From the human T2T-CHM13v2.0 reference genome, Homo sapiens, in assembly GCF_009914755.1 (NCBI RefSeq), contig NC_060928.1: a stretch of 64,000 nucleotides of DNA; one strand, given 5' to 3'. The position numbers and the translations under genes were made by a program. Within the stretch, counting starts at the first letter, position 1, and each line of letters begins with the position of its first letter. Shown here in pieces: positions 1-21,240 of the stretch. The notes under the pieces are model-generated. The model ran no database searches. It worked only from the letters and a program-made list of their open reading frames with translations, and was not told the DNA's origin.

Positions 1-165
1 CTAATTACTTAACCTCTCAAGGCGTCAGTCTCTTACCTCTGTAAAATGCAAATGATAAAAGTGATTACCACACAGGTCATTGTGAAGATAAAAATGACTT
101 CATACTTGTAACGTACTTAGAAGAATAAGTAGAACATAATAAACTTCGCCGACTGTCAGCAATCT
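1..165 (+). mobile_element. MIR SINE fragment
   Basis: ttacttaacctctc...cagtctcttacctctgtaaaatg...gtgaagataaa resembles the MIR core. Confidence 0.75.
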
Positions 166-399
166 TGTAACCATTTTTAATTTTAATTCTTAATTTTTTA
201 ACTGAAGTTTTTGTTTCATCAAGGTATAATTTACATATTCACCAACTCTAGGTGTACAGTTTGACAAATTTTGGTAAATTCTACAACCAGCACGATCAAG
301 AATTTTTCTATCACCCTGAAAAGTTTCCTCATGCCCTTTTGCAGAATATTTCCTCCTCCATTCTCAGGGAACCATTGATCTGCTTGTAGTTTTGGCTTT

Positions 400-6380
<5,981 letters not shown>

Positions 6381-6453
6381 AGTTTTGGCTTTTCTAGGTA
6401 TAGACGGAATCATACATACATAGACTTTTGTGTTTGAGTTCCATTGCACATAG

Positions 6454-6639
<186 letters not shown>

Positions 6640-6942
6640 ACTGCACACAGCTTTTGAGTCATCGATGTCATTATGTGTATTTATGCTTTGTTCCTTTTAA
6701 TTGCTGAGTAGTACGACATCACATGAATATACCACAATTTGTTTTTCCATTCATGAGTTCATAAACATTCGAGTTGTTTTCATTTTTTTGCTCTGAATAT
6801 TCACGTACATGGCTTTTGTGTGGGCATGTTTTCATTTCTTTGGAATAAACAGCTAGAAGTGGGATTGGTGGGTCATATGTTAAGTGTCTGTTTAATTTTA
6901 TAGTAAACTGCTAATGTTTTCCAAAGTGGCTGTACCATTTCA

Positions 6943-8046
<1,104 letters not shown>

Positions 8047-9486
8047 TTAATAGCAGTTACCTCTGCAGCGTGGCATGAGAGGGACCAACAGAGGCACTCT
8101 TCTCATATTTGTCTAAGTGGCTAGAGTTATGAATCTTTTTCTTCTCATCTTTAAGTGATTTTCAAATAAATTAAAACATTAATTTTACTTGAATCTGACG
8201 CTGTATTGGAAAGGGACTTCCTTCTTTCCTAGGGCCCCCTACAAAACAGATGTTAAGGCTCCAAGTCCCCTGAAGAGTCTGGAGAGACATTACTGGTGCT
8301 GCAGAAGGACTTTTCAACATTCCACAAAGCCTAGGAGAAATGATGGGTTTGCTGGTAATAAGGCTGCTTAGAAGAGCTAAGACAACTTGTGTTCCACTTG
8401 TGGCTAGAATTACATCAATTCAGTGTGGTAACCTTGAGTACCTCAGGCTGATAAGACATTCAGAAGAGTAGTTTTATTTTTCTACAAATTATGATTAATA
8501 ATTTTTAAAGAAAGAAAACAACTCTTGGCTTAATAATTGTGCTTTGGCGTACAAAGCCTTTCAAAACACAAACACAGAATTCAGTGGATTAATAAAACGG
8601 GGACCAACAGGTCAACAAGTGGTCACTGTCTGGTGGTAGTGCTGCCATTTTTAAGCTTTCAAAAACCCCTACGATGTTCCCTTTATCAAAGGAAATGAAG
8701 GCAGCTCCTCTTGGCTGTTCCTGCCTGATACTACAAACTTTTTAAAGGCTTCAAGTCAGGTAGCAGTTTTTGCCAATTAATGACTTGATAATCTCCAGGT
8801 CTAATGTAACCTTGCCATAATCTCTCTTTTATTTTCACCAGATAGAGAGTAATAAATAATACATGTAACCTAACCTATTGGCTTTGTCCACTCTCATAAG
8901 TAATCCTGGCTCCTTCTCCCTGCTGCGGCCCCTGGTCTTGGCCCCTGCCTATTCAGCCCAGCATGTCTGAACATTTAGTCATCTCTTCAGAGCCACTCTT
9001 CCAGGAAAAGGCTATTGTTCCTGCATTTCCTGATCGCTTACTTCCTGTCATTTTTTTCAAAAGAGAATCAAAACTGTTCTAAAATCACACAAAGGTTCTT
9101 CTCTACTTCACAGTTGTAGTTTATTATATTGTCATCATTTACTTGATTTGGGGGCCATTTAAATACACCATGACCTGCCTGACCTGATCAGCAGTGTCCC
9201 TGAGTCACAGGTAGTTTCCACATGAGCCCCAGTATGAACACTGCCTTGTTTTCAATCACACGTGCATGCAGCTTAAACTTGTTTTTCTCCAAGACCTCAA
9301 AGAAATTTCTAATAGTACCCACATTATTGACTTTACACCAATGACCCATCTGATGAAGAAAAAGATCAGGGACAGAGAGGGCGAGCATCTTCCTAAGCTG
9401 GGGAGGAAGTGGCAGGCAATGAAGACATGGAAATGTCTCCTCTCTGCTCCAGCCCTTCCTCAACTCACACAAAGAAAAGAACTGAT

Positions 9487-9522
9487 CAAAATGAGTTTTG
9501 CTGCCCAGAAGAGACTGAGTCG
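9487..9522 (-). other. Candidate terminal exon (strong splice acceptor, reads DSVSSGQQNSF*)
   Basis: Minus strand ctccctccctgtcattttctcccttctag|CGACTCAGTC...TTTTGA; no homology recognised. Confidence 0.3.
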
Positions 9523-9584
9523 CTAGAAGGGAGAAAATGACAGGGAGGGAGCTCAGGAAATAAAAAACCTGGGTTTTGACTGGC

Positions 9585-9680
9585 ACACACATGTACAATA
9601 CACATACAGGTGTGTATATACATGCACACACATACATACACATGCACATACATACATACACACCACACACACATACATAT
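9585..9680. repeat. (CA/TA)n imperfect microsatellite
   Basis: cacacatgtacaatacacatac...cacacacatacatat. Confidence 0.85.
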
Positions 9681-9684
9681 TTAA

Positions 9685-10030
9685 GAGCTTCCTTTGTGCC
9701 AGGCACTGTGCTAAGTATTTATATACACTATCTTGATTAATTTTGACACCTTCCCATGGGGTAGGTACCTTTATTCTCCACATATTACATGTCAATATTA
9801 CATATGAATGAACTCATCCAAGTTCACACAGCTAGTACAACAGCTGAGCCACAGTTAACTCATGCTTTATCTAACAGCAAAGTTGTATAACTCACTCCTC
9901 TATTTGCTAGCTGTGTGATTTCTGATGAGTCACTTAACTGTTCTGAAGTTCAGTGTCCTCATCTATAAAACGGCAGTAACAAAGCCTACAAAATCTGCTT
10001 CCATATTGTGTTGAGAATTAAATGAATTTA
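9685..10030. mobile_element. Two MIR fragments in opposite orientations
   Basis: tgtgccaggcactgtgctaag (minus) and tcacttaac...cagtgtcctcatctataaaa (plus). Confidence 0.65.
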
Positions 10031-10194
10031 TGTGTATATTTACCACACACAAAGATATATTTCTCTTCTTTACCTCAGTTTTGGTTGGCTTTTGGTAAAA
10101 TGCTTATTATGACTGGGTTATTGTAAAAATTAAAAGAGGAAACATGAAAACACTTTGGAAACCATAATTAATCATTGTTATTCTCAGATATGGT

Positions 10195-10217
10195 TTTTCT
10201 TTTTTGTGTGTGTGGTT

Positions 10218-10262
<45 letters not shown>

Positions 10263-10538
10263 TGGAGTCTTACTCTGTTGCCCACACTGGGGTGCAGTGG
10301 CGCAATCTCAGCTCACTGCAACCTCCCCTCCTGGGTTCAAGTGATTCTCCTGCCTTAGCCTCCCAAGTAGCTGTGATTACAGGCACCTGCCACCCGCCCA
10401 TCTAATTTTTGTATTTTTAGTAGAGACAGGGTTTCACCATTTTGGCCAGACTGGACTCAATCTCTCGACCTCAAGTGATCCGCCCACCTCAGCCTCCCAA
10501 AGTGCTGGAATTACAGACGTGAGCCACCACACCCAGCC
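10195..10538 (-). mobile_element. AluS with (TG)n microsatellite in its tail
   Basis: Reverse Alu; TSD ctcagatatg on both sides. Confidence 0.9.
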
Positions 10539-10763
10539 TCAGATATGTGTTAAACAAAGATATATGACCAGGTAGTCTAGATTAACTATATATCATAATT
10601 TACCAGTTGTCAGATGGGCAAAGATAAAAATGTTTGAGAATATACTGTGTTAGAAAATGGAAGGGAAATGAGAACACTCATACATTGCTTATGGGTGTGT
10701 AAATTGTCACATCCTCTAAGGAGAGAAACTGGATTACATTTCTCAAGGTTAACCATGTAAATA

Positions 10764-11052
<289 letters not shown>

Positions 11053-11394
11053 CATAAATATTCTTTGACCCAGTTTTTCCAACTCCTTAAGTGTGAAAAA
11101 GACAAGTTTATTTATTATAGTATCGTGTAAAAATTTGGACGGAAAAGTTGGAAACAATCTGAAGGTCCAGCAACAAGAGCTGCTTCTATAAATGAAGTTT
11201 TTTACAACAAAATACCATAAATCACTACTTTTAAAAATCTCTTTATGTAGTGATGTAACACAATTGCCAAGACACATTGCTAAGTGGAAAAAGAAAGGTG
11301 CAGAACAGCGTTTCTATTATGCTATGGCACATGCCTGCGTGTGCACGCACACACACACTCTCCTGTATATGTGTATTCTTATTTATGTATAGAC

Positions 11395-11712
11395 CAGGAC
11401 TGTGTGATAGAAATATAATGCAAGCAACAAATGTAAGCCACATGTGTAATTTTAAATGCCCTAGTAGCACAAAGAAATTAAACAGATAAAATGCATTTAA
11501 TGATATCCAAACTATTATCAACATGTCAACATGCAATCAATATAAGAATTATTTATGAGATGTTTTACATTCTTTATTTCATAAGACTTTAATACGGTAT
11601 GCGTTTTACACTTGTAGCACATCTCAATTCAGATTAGCCACATTTCAAGTGTTGTATGGCTACACACAAGTCAGCACACATGGCCACAGCTACCTTATTG
11701 GACGTTAAAGGC
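11395..11712. mobile_element. MER33-like hAT-Charlie DNA transposon
   Basis: atagaaatataatgcaagc...tgtaattttaaat...gtagcacatctcaattcagattagccacatttcaagtg. Confidence 0.75.
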
Positions 11713-14700
11713 ATAGTCGTCTCCACAAGAAAATGGTAACAGCAGTCACCTCTGGAGAGAAGAACCTCTCTGGATACCTGGGTAAGAGGAAGAACTGCTC
11801 TTCATTCTATGCCTTTTTGAGCTTTTCAAATTTCATGCCTTGTGCATTGCCTTTTCTGAATAAAATGAGTAAAACAGTTTTACAGCAATTCTTTACAGTA
11901 ACTTCTTATTCACTCTGCCATACAAATAGGGACGGATGATTCATACAATGTGAGGACAATTATCAGCAACCAATGACTCTTTCTTACTCCCTGGAGTCTT
12001 GTCATTGCTTAGTAATTTAAGGAATCCGTCTCAGGGACAAGCAACAGTTTGCCACTGAGAGAATGGAGTCAGGTTGGGGACACATTCCCAAACTGGAAAT
12101 TCATCAAATTAGAAACAGGGTTTTGTAACTAATTTATAGCTGAGAAAATGAAATACGAAAGGATCCTAGCTGGTGGGGATCCTCTCACACATCCCTACCA
12201 TGAGCTCAGAGAAGCCTCCATGTCAGGACACAGCCGGAAACTGCAGGGGGCACGTGAAGGCAAAGACAGGAAGAAGAGGACAGGAAGGAGAGGTGAGGAA
12301 AGAGGAGGTTTCCATAAACAGGAAACCACCAGGTGGCCTTTTCACCTCTTAAATCTTGAGGGAGACAAGCGGAGAACCCCACTCCCAACCAAGAGAGAGG
12401 ACCTACCATTTCCCAATCAGCGGAATGTGGAAATGCTCAACAGGACTGAAGTGAGGTTAAACTCTCTTCCTCTAATTCTTCCCCGAGTGGCAAGGTGGGT
12501 TATCAGGAGGGAGAAAGAGCAGGGTGGATGGGTGGGTTGAGGGGAAGGGACATGGGATGCATCCGTGGGATTTCACAGATGCTGGCAGGACATAGGATGG
12601 AGTGGGGCAGTAGTCAAGGCAAGAGCTGTGGCTGTGTAGAAATATCAGCGATCAGGACACTCATCAAGGCATTGTTCATGACCTGATCACACTGAAGACT
12701 GTCTCGATGTTTTCATTTGGAGGGTATTTGTGATGTAATTCAGGGTTAAAAGCAAATTTTAAAACAATAGGACACTGTAATTTCACTCGTAGAAATAAAC
12801 ACACACACACATATAACACCTACAGTCACATGACTGGACAGATATTTATTAAAACAAAAAGGGAAGTGATGGGACTAGAGATGTTTGCTGATTTTCCTTT
12901 TAGCTTACCTGTATTTTCCAGAGTTTTCACCAGTGAGCTCATATTCATTAGCAATAATGTGGAGGGGGTCACAGATTTCTCTCACAACCGTTGGACATAC
13001 AGAAAAGAGGGAGTTTCCTTATTTGAACTGTAACTAACCCATTCTTCTTTACAGTCCCCAGTTGTCAGAGGAGAAACATTAAGTTTTCATCCTGTCTACT
13101 TTAAAATATAGCTCAATCCAGTACACAAAATAGTCCATCTAGAATATGCACTGTCCGGTTTCACAGCCACTAATGCCTCTTTAATTTTAAATGTGAACAC
13201 TTAAAATTTAATTCCCCACACACTTATCCTATTTGACTTCCCTTTTATTTCTTAAAATAATTATCAAAAAAATGAGGCTTATTTTCACTGCTCTTTACTC
13301 AGAAATAGTTTAGCTCTCTTCCTAGATGTCCTTAGAAGTCGAATAATTAGAAGTTGATTTTTAACTTATATGTGTTCTATGATTTTTAAAATGTAAAAAT
13401 AGATATACAAGGGAATTGTGACTCAGAGAATGTACAAATAACTGTGTTAGCATGTAAGGATTAGGAGGGGTACTGTTTTTCTATTTTAAATTCTCTTTTA
13501 ATGTTATTATATTATTTTTACAATTAAAAATGTTTAAAATAAAAAATAATAATAATTCCTATCACTGGGTACAGGTCTAGCGTTTCATAGCTACACACTA
13601 CTAATGGCTACATATTATATATTCAGAATGTTTTTATCATCCCAGAATGCCCTATTGGATACAGCTGCTCCAAACAGTGCTGGATCTCAGATTTCTCCAC
13701 CATCACCCTTGGCTGACTAGGTCTGGGTAAGGTCTGGATGTGTGGAGAATGAGTGTAGCTCCCCTTCCTCCCTTCCTTCTGGCTTTGGCGGGCAGGAACC
13801 CTGTGGTCTGGTGCTAGTCTTTAGTGAGGCCGGATGCCTCGACCTTGGAGCCCTTCCGTGGTCTTTGCTACCATACAAATATCCCTGTCTCAACTTCCTG
13901 GCTTCAGGGGTCTTACAGAGGCCCAGTCTGTATGTGTCCCATTGACATAGCTCCCTAGTCTCCTTAAGAAGGCCTGGGGCTTGCAGAAGGAAGTGAGCCA
14001 GGCTTGCTCACCTGACCACCTTCTGGGACCTACGCAATAGTCTGGGCCTGTGGGCTTCTCTGGACTCCCTGTCACCCCAGCCTCAGCATCTCCAGACACT
14101 GGGAACTCTATTCCCCCAGAAGCCTACCACAACCACGTCTGATTACATCTGCATACTACCACATTTTTCCCGAGTCTGATGCATTGAGGGACTCTAAAGA
14201 GACTACAGTTTTCCCAGGCTGTGCCCAAGAAGTAGGGGCAAGGCCCCAGCCCTCAGACCCCCTGAGACTTCTCTGGCTGGTGGTGCGCATCTCCTCTTCC
14301 AGAAGTTTCAACGCAGTGGGGGACAGGCCCAGGTGCCCGCTTCTCACCTCTCTCCCTCTCCTTTTCTCTTAACTACTTTTCTTCTTCCCATAGCTCCTCA
14401 GAGATGAAACAGGATGGGATATTCATTGACTATTCAGTGTCATAACGGCAGAGCAACAAGACTGGTAACCAGGCTTTCTCATCCCTAGTTGAAAAAGCAA
14501 GGCCTTTTCCTTTGTGTATTTTAGAGGGAAATCAAGGAATTTTTAAAATTCCTCCTCAAAACAATGGCTGGCTTGTAAGGCCATTGTCTTCCCACAGAAT
14601 GCGGTTTTATTTTCAGTGGAGGCGGGGATTATTACTTGCACCTTTGTCTTTGCATTCTATATGTAAGATTTCTAATCTCCACATCCTCCACTTGTGTTTT

Positions 14701-15254
14701 CCCACCCCACCCATGCAGGCAGAGGGAAGCCCTGGTCCCACGAAGGCACAAATCATTTCCTCAAAAAGATTAACCAGAAACAGCACATGAGCAAGTTTCA
14801 AATCGTCACACCCATTACAATAAGGAAGACACAATTTTCATTTTTACATTTTTTATGACAGCTGTTGGCTCAGGCTAATCAGAAACTATCTTTAGAGAGG
14901 AGGTATTTCCCAAGGTCACATGTTTTAATATAATTAGCGTGAGATCAAATGGATGTTAAGGAGTTGGCATCCAAAATCTCCACCACACTACTGGCCTTGT
15001 GACCAAAAAAATCCAAATTCCAAAACACTTTTGGTCCGAACACTTTCAGATAAGGGATACTCAGCCCTTAGTGACTCAGGAAATAACCCATGATAATAAT
15101 ATTACTATACTACTACTTACCAATAACAATGACAACATAAACAGAAGAAGTCTTAAATCAGAGGATAACAGTAATAGTAATAGCCTAGTTTTTGTTTCTA
15201 GGCCAAGGATTATGGTTTAAAATGGACATAAGCAGTACCATTAAGTGGTTTTAT

Positions 15255-16240
15255 TTCATAGAATCTCTAAATGCAGTAGAATCACAGGGATGACAGAAGC
15301 CTTAGAGACCACTTCCCCAACTCCCCATGCAACATTCATATGTCCTGACAGCAGTAACAAGCTCTTCTCCAAACTCTGCTTGAATATCTCCACAGAAGAG
15401 AAGCTCACCACTCCCACAGGTGATTTTTTTTCTTCTGAGTTCTGATGGTTCTAATTCTCTTCCTTACATTACGTATTACTTTCTCTCATTATAACTTTTT
15501 CCCATTTATTCATTTTTAAAAAAGTTGTTCATGACTAATCAAACACAGCAGTTTGTAAAGCATTACAAAGGTTTATAAAGTAAAAATTAAGGTTCCCCCA
15601 CTACGTCCCACCAGATTTATTCCCCAGAGGTGATCAGATTCTTTATACAATTAATTTTTTGTTTTTTTGTTTTTTGTTTTTTGTTTTTTTGGGACAGAGT
15701 CTCGCTCTTTCGCCCAGGCTGGAGTGCAGTGGCGTAATCTCGGCTCACTGCAACCTCCACCTCCTGGGTTCAAGTGAGCATGTCCGGCTAATTTTTGTAT
15801 TTTTAGTAGAGATGGAGTTTCACCATGTTGGCCAGGCTGGTCTCGAGCTCCTGACCTCAAGTGATCCACCCACTTCGGCCTCTCAAAGTGCTGAGATTAC
15901 AGACATGAGCCACCGCGCCCAGCCAGATACTTTATATACTTCTGACAACAGGGCTTGTTTCCTTTAGTATTGCATTGTAGACATAGTTCCATATCCTAGA
16001 TTGATAGCTCTGAACGGACAGGCTACAATTCATCTAAAACATTCCCCATAGGTAGGTCTCCAACTGGCCCCAGTTTGGCCTTTTAGTGTCACTTGGAAGA
16101 GTCTTAGTTTTTAAAACATTTAAAGTCAGCTATCATGTCGTCACTGAACTTTCTCCAGGCCAAACATCCTGCGTTCCTAACATCATTTCTCATATGATGT
16201 GGTTCTAGATTCCTCCATATATGCTGCACTTTTTCTGGGT
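15255..16240 (-). mobile_element. L3/CR1 fragments (interrupted)
   Basis: catagaatc...cttagagacc; ttctccaggccaaacatcc...catttctcatatga. Confidence 0.45.
15655..15924 (-). mobile_element. AluS with roughly 45-bp deletion in the right arm
   Basis: ttcaagtgagcatgtccggctaatttt lacks the ctcctgcctcagcctcc...attacaggc block; TSD-like agattctttatac / agatactttatat. Confidence 0.88.
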
Positions 16241-18187
16241 CCCCAGACTCCAACAGCAGGTTCCAAGGCAGCAGCTTTGGCCATTGCAGAATGAGAGAGG
16301 CCGTGCCTCAGTTTCTGCCGGAAGACCTAAGGGACTGCTCATTTGCCAGGCAGCTGGGTTCCCTCATCATTTGCAGTTGGGTGACCAAATCATTTCTTTT
16401 CTAAACCTCAACACTTTTGAGAGTGGGAGGTATACAAGTTGGATGGGACATGGAGAACCCAGGACCTTCCAGGGTGAAATAGCCATTTTTCATGCAAAAG
16501 TTGAAGTCAGTTAAAACTTGAAGGAGTTTCTTTTTTACACCAACTGCTTTTAAACTAAGCTCTCAGGTTAGTTTAGCAACATACTCAATAGAGGCAAAAA
16601 TGGCCTAATTTGAAGGTAGATTTGGTTTTTGAAAACAGTCAATCTTTATCACATAGAGGAAACATGAGAGACCAACTGCTCTAGCTTCCTTTATGGTGAA
16701 GAACAAGACCCAGAGAGGTAAAGGGTCATGGTTTAAGGTAATTCCATTGATTAGTGACATCTTTATTTAAGAGGGGAAAAAATGTATTGAAGATATAGAA
16801 CCAAAATTCAAACCAGCAGCTATGTGTATGATGTGCCTGTCACAATGCTAGGGTTTTTAAACATATTTTTATTAAATCAGTATTAATTGAGCACTTACTA
16901 TATGCAAGCCACTGTGTAATATGCTTGGGAGGAAATCCCTGTCCTCAAACAGTTCACCAATGTCTTCACTCATGTAACCTATCAATAAACCAGCAGGGTC
17001 AATATTCACATTTCATTTTGGGATATATGTGAATGGATAGGAGGAAGGCACATGCATAAGAAGAAATGGAGACTCAGAAAAATGAACTTATTTGCCGAAA
17101 GTCACAAAACAAGTAAGTGGGAGAGCAGAATTCTGACTCCCTGCCTTACACTAGAAATCACACCACAGTCTGCTCCGTGCTAGCATCGAGTTTGGCCTTG
17201 GGAAACCTGGTGGAGCCTCAGGATTGCACCTTGATTGGTGCATGGGGTCTGTGAGTCACAGCAGAGGGGGTGGTGACCTCTACAAACTCTTGCTACCAAT
17301 GACTACACCCCTCACAGAGGGATTGTCTACTAGTGAGAAAAACCATAGTCTGCTTTAGATTCCTGATGTTATTGTAAGTAGGGAAGACCATTACACACTG
17401 TACAAAGACATGTTTAACATAACAACAGCCAGCATTTGTAAAGGATCTTTGCAGATTTCTAAGTGTTTTCACATGCCTCATCGCGTTGAATCTTTACTAC
17501 CCTAACAGATGTGCAGCCATCATTTTCCCCTACAGACCAGCCAGCGAGGCTGGAGGGTGAGGCAACCTGCCCAAAATTCCAGAAGTCGTGGACAAGAGCC
17601 AGTATACCAACCCAGACCTTTTTCTCTATTGTAATTAATTAACTATCTCCAGCTATTTCATTAGCAACACAGTATGGAAGGTCCTTATAGAGGGACAGCA
17701 TGGAATACCCTAATGTTATTGGTTGATTGTGGTTTATGGAAGTAATGCTATTCCTTCTTAAGATGCCTTCAGGATCGTTTCAACTGTAAGGGAATATTCA
17801 ATCCTCCCATCCCAGGCTGAGTCGTCATCAGAGCGAACAAGCAGCCTGGCTCAAGTTTCCTTCCTTGGTGTTTTCTTATCTGTCTCCCACCAATGGCTTA
17901 GCCTGTATGGGTGAGTGGGGTCAGGAAGTGGCATACAGTCTCTGTTTTTATTCTCTGTTTGGAAATTTTCTAATTATAGGTCACACCAAGAGTTTCCATT
18001 CCTCCCCCAACAACCCCCCATGACACTTCACCTTGTTTATGTAACTTAATAAGCAAAGACCCAAGGCTTTTTTTTTTTTTTTAAGACTTAAACCATGAAG
18101 CTTTTAATGAGGAATCAAACTCATTCCCTTATCTTTCTGGCTAGTAAATAGCTGCCTGTTATCTTCTTAGTGTGTAGCTGAACTTAC

Positions 18188-18278
18188 CATCTCCTTTCTG
18201 GTCAGGGGTTTTATAGTCTGATTACGCCTTAGGCTTCCTGTGCAAGCCATCAGAAGAAGGACCATTCACACACACACA
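18188..18278 (-). pseudogene. Candidate relic exon (C-terminal part of the decayed minus-strand gene)
   Basis: Acceptor ctcctttttttgtag| and donor ATG|gtaagt; reads CVCVNGPSSDGLHRKPKA*SDYKTPDQKGD. Confidence 0.4.
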
Positions 18279-19140
18279 CTACAAAAAAAGGAGATTTAAG
18301 GTAAAGTCCTTTAAAACCCCAGCCTTCATAGAATAAAGAGATGATATATCACAGAATCAAGAAACAGGAGTCACAGATTCAAGATAGATCTATCATGGCA
18401 TCTGACACAATGAAGTTGCCTATTTAGGGTGTAAATGAGAGCGAGATTTTAGTCAATTGTCATGCTTTGGAGACTGAAAGCTAAGGGCCAACACTTAAAT
18501 AATTTTATTCCAATTCTACCAAGATTTTTTCCCTAACTTAACTGACTAAAAAGATTATAAAATTTATGTCACCTTAGCCTAGGATCCTCTGGAAATACAT
18601 TCAGTAATAGTAACTTTTAGACAAAATTTGACCAGTAGCCATAAACCAAATCCATAGAACAAAATGAAAAATATCCTACTTTTAAGAGGCAAAAAGACAT
18701 TCTTAAGCCAAATGTTATTAAAGCAAAAAACAACTATGTAGGAAATATTCTGTGCTTTTCCCTACCAGCAGTGTTCAAGCAGAAATCACTTCTGCAGAAC
18801 TACTGAACAATGAAGGCTGGAAAGGAAATATAAAAGAAGTGGTATTTTGGTAAAAAGATCCTGACCCTGAGGATTCGTACTAGTATTAAGTGTTATAAAA
18901 TTAACCTTTCAACTGTCCTCTGGGGTCTGAAGAACACAGCTAAATGAAGGAAAACTAATTCATGAAACAGGCTGCCAAGGAGGATCAAGGAAGGAGCTTG
19001 CTATTCAGGAAGCTCAAGAAACAGCACCCAAGCAGGGATGCAGGGCCCAGAAAGAAAAAATTTAACTGATTCCAGAAAAGTCATTGAGCTTTGCTAAAGA
19101 AGGAGTCGTGGCAGCCTCACTACCAAACATTTGTACCTAC

Positions 19141-19463
19141 CTCCTCCTCCATGTGGTGAGGAGGATTTGAGGCCTGGCACGAAAGCAAGGCCATCACCAT
19201 CACCATTATTGCTATTATCAGGGAATCCCCAAGCAATGTCCATTCAAGAGATGTTTGAAGCCTTACGCAGATATTTTCCAGCCTTTGAGTTTTTTGACCC
19301 CTTTTTTCTTTAACCTTTGTTCCATTTTGATACATGGAAAGATCCTACTCCACTGTCTCAGCTAGATTTCAGCAGGTTTTTCTGTGTGGGAATGTCTCTA
19401 CATATCTCTGAGCAGTCTATCTTCTGTGTAGGTGCACCAGCAGGAAGAATTTGTTGATCTTTA
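19141..19463 (-). pseudogene. Candidate relic exon of the decayed minus-strand gene
   Basis: Acceptor tttattttacaatag| and donor GAG|gtaggt; stops in all frames. Confidence 0.4.
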
Positions 19464-20389
19464 CTATTGTAAAATAAATATATATTTTTATTATTCAGTA
19501 TAATACAGAATATTTTATGTATATAATATTATGTTGCTTTATATTTCATTGCTTAATATATTATTGTATTGAGTACATTATTTCCCAAGCATACACAACT
19601 TTCTCCTCTCCCCAAAATCCTTTACCACGCCCTTTATAAAAATCACTACTTTAGGACTTAGTCTAGGAGAATTATCTCATTTGTGATGTACATTGCAGGG
19701 TGATTTTCTAAAGGAAGCAGGACTTTGTGAGCTTGCTGAATTCCTGTGAAAAGAAGTAAAATAGGAACATAAGGCTAATGTAGAGAAAAGTTGGAGGAAG
19801 GGCTAATGAGATTAATTAGATAGACAGATAGATAGATTTATTTTAAACATAAATAAACATCACGCTCTTTAGTCCCTCAATACATAAAAGTGGTCACTTG
19901 AGCCACCAGAGCTACAATGAATGAATCCAATACACTTTAATGTAATCGCCATGTCTACCTCACAGTGCTTTTAGACAAATTAGCAAAGGGCACCCCTTCC
20001 TCAAGGCACTTTACTTTCATCTTCTGGAAATCATTGAAATATACTGATATTTTTTAAGAACAAGAAACTCCCATCTGCTTTAAAACTTGCATGTAAATTT
20101 GTACAAATCTATAATATTTATGATGCGAATCATACTCTGTAGAAAGTCCTCTGTTCAGTCTACAGCTTGCTCAGGGACACCCAGCTCCCCTGGCATCGCT
20201 TGTGTAATGCCCTTCACCACAACCATGAGGAGCTGTGTTTGTTTTATGCAAGGCTTCATCTAACTCAGTTCCTGGTACACAGTATGTTCTCCAGATAGCA
20301 ATTGAATGATGGAATGAATGTGTGAAGAAAAAAATGAATGAATGAATGGCCCCTCTTTAACACAAAAATCTATTGCAAAAGTGAAAAAT

Positions 20390-21240
20390 CAGTACAACTA
20401 ATGTTTACTGAGCACCTACTATGCATCAGGCCCTGTGCTAAGCATATATGTGCATTCTCATTAAAATCCTGTGAGGTACAGATTTTTACTCTTCACAGAA
20501 GTTAAGTAACTTGCTACAGTCATTCAGCTGGTGACTCACAAACCACGGGACCAGATAATCACATTCCTAACCACTACACTGGCAAGTCGGCCTGTATCCT
20601 GTCGTGCTCCAAGGGGGAGCTACACCTTTTGGAAACACAGAGTTCCCTTGTGTGGCCAGGCCAAGGAAGAGAAGGCATCCGAGATCCCGTGGCCATGATG
20701 ATTTCCTTTTCTGTCTGTAAAAACAAAGTTACTCTCTTCATGCAACTTAACCAGTAATGAGGTCAGATCACACAATATTCCTAGTCCTGGCCTGCATACC
20801 CAGCACTCACCTTTGAAATCAGTTAGCAGCGAATCATTAAGCTACAGAATAAGAGCCCTCGCATCACCTGTGGGTGCAACACCTGGGCTAATAGCACCCT
20901 CTGAAATGTCCTGGCCACTAGATGGCACTGAAGCTCAAATGTCACAGAACTATACGAAACACGTCCCGCCATGTTTTAGGTAAGACAATAGCAACAATAA
21001 CCAGAACAGCAACATTATTAAATACTTATGATAAGCTAGGTACTCTTCCAAGGTCTCTATTTGCATTATCACATTGAATCCTCACAACTCTATGGGGTGA
21101 CTTCATTATTATCGCCATTTTGCAGACAAACAGATTTAGAAAGTCAAGTATCTTGGCCAAGGTCACACCGCTAGTAAGAGGCAGAGCAGAGATTTTAGCT
21201 CAGGCAACCTGACTCCAAAGCTCAACATTCCTAACACTCC
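20390..21240 (-). mobile_element. Two MIR elements (about 20390-20580 and 20985-21240) flanking unique sequence
   Basis: tttactgagcacctactatg...gttaagtaacttgc; aatcctcacaactctatg...aaggtcacac. Confidence 0.7.
20912..20930 (+). promoter_or_regulatory. Near-consensus CTCF binding motif
   Basis: tggCCACTAGATGGCACTg fits the CTCF core CCASYAGRKGGCRS. Confidence 0.65.

Noticed and set aside
9188-9795. 172-aa and overlapping Cys/Val-rich ORFs
   Set aside because: Driven by the (CA)n microsatellite and MIR; no family similarity recognised.
12148-12540. 130-aa purine-rich ORF
   Set aside because: Low-complexity G/A-rich sequence with no recognisable domain or splice support.
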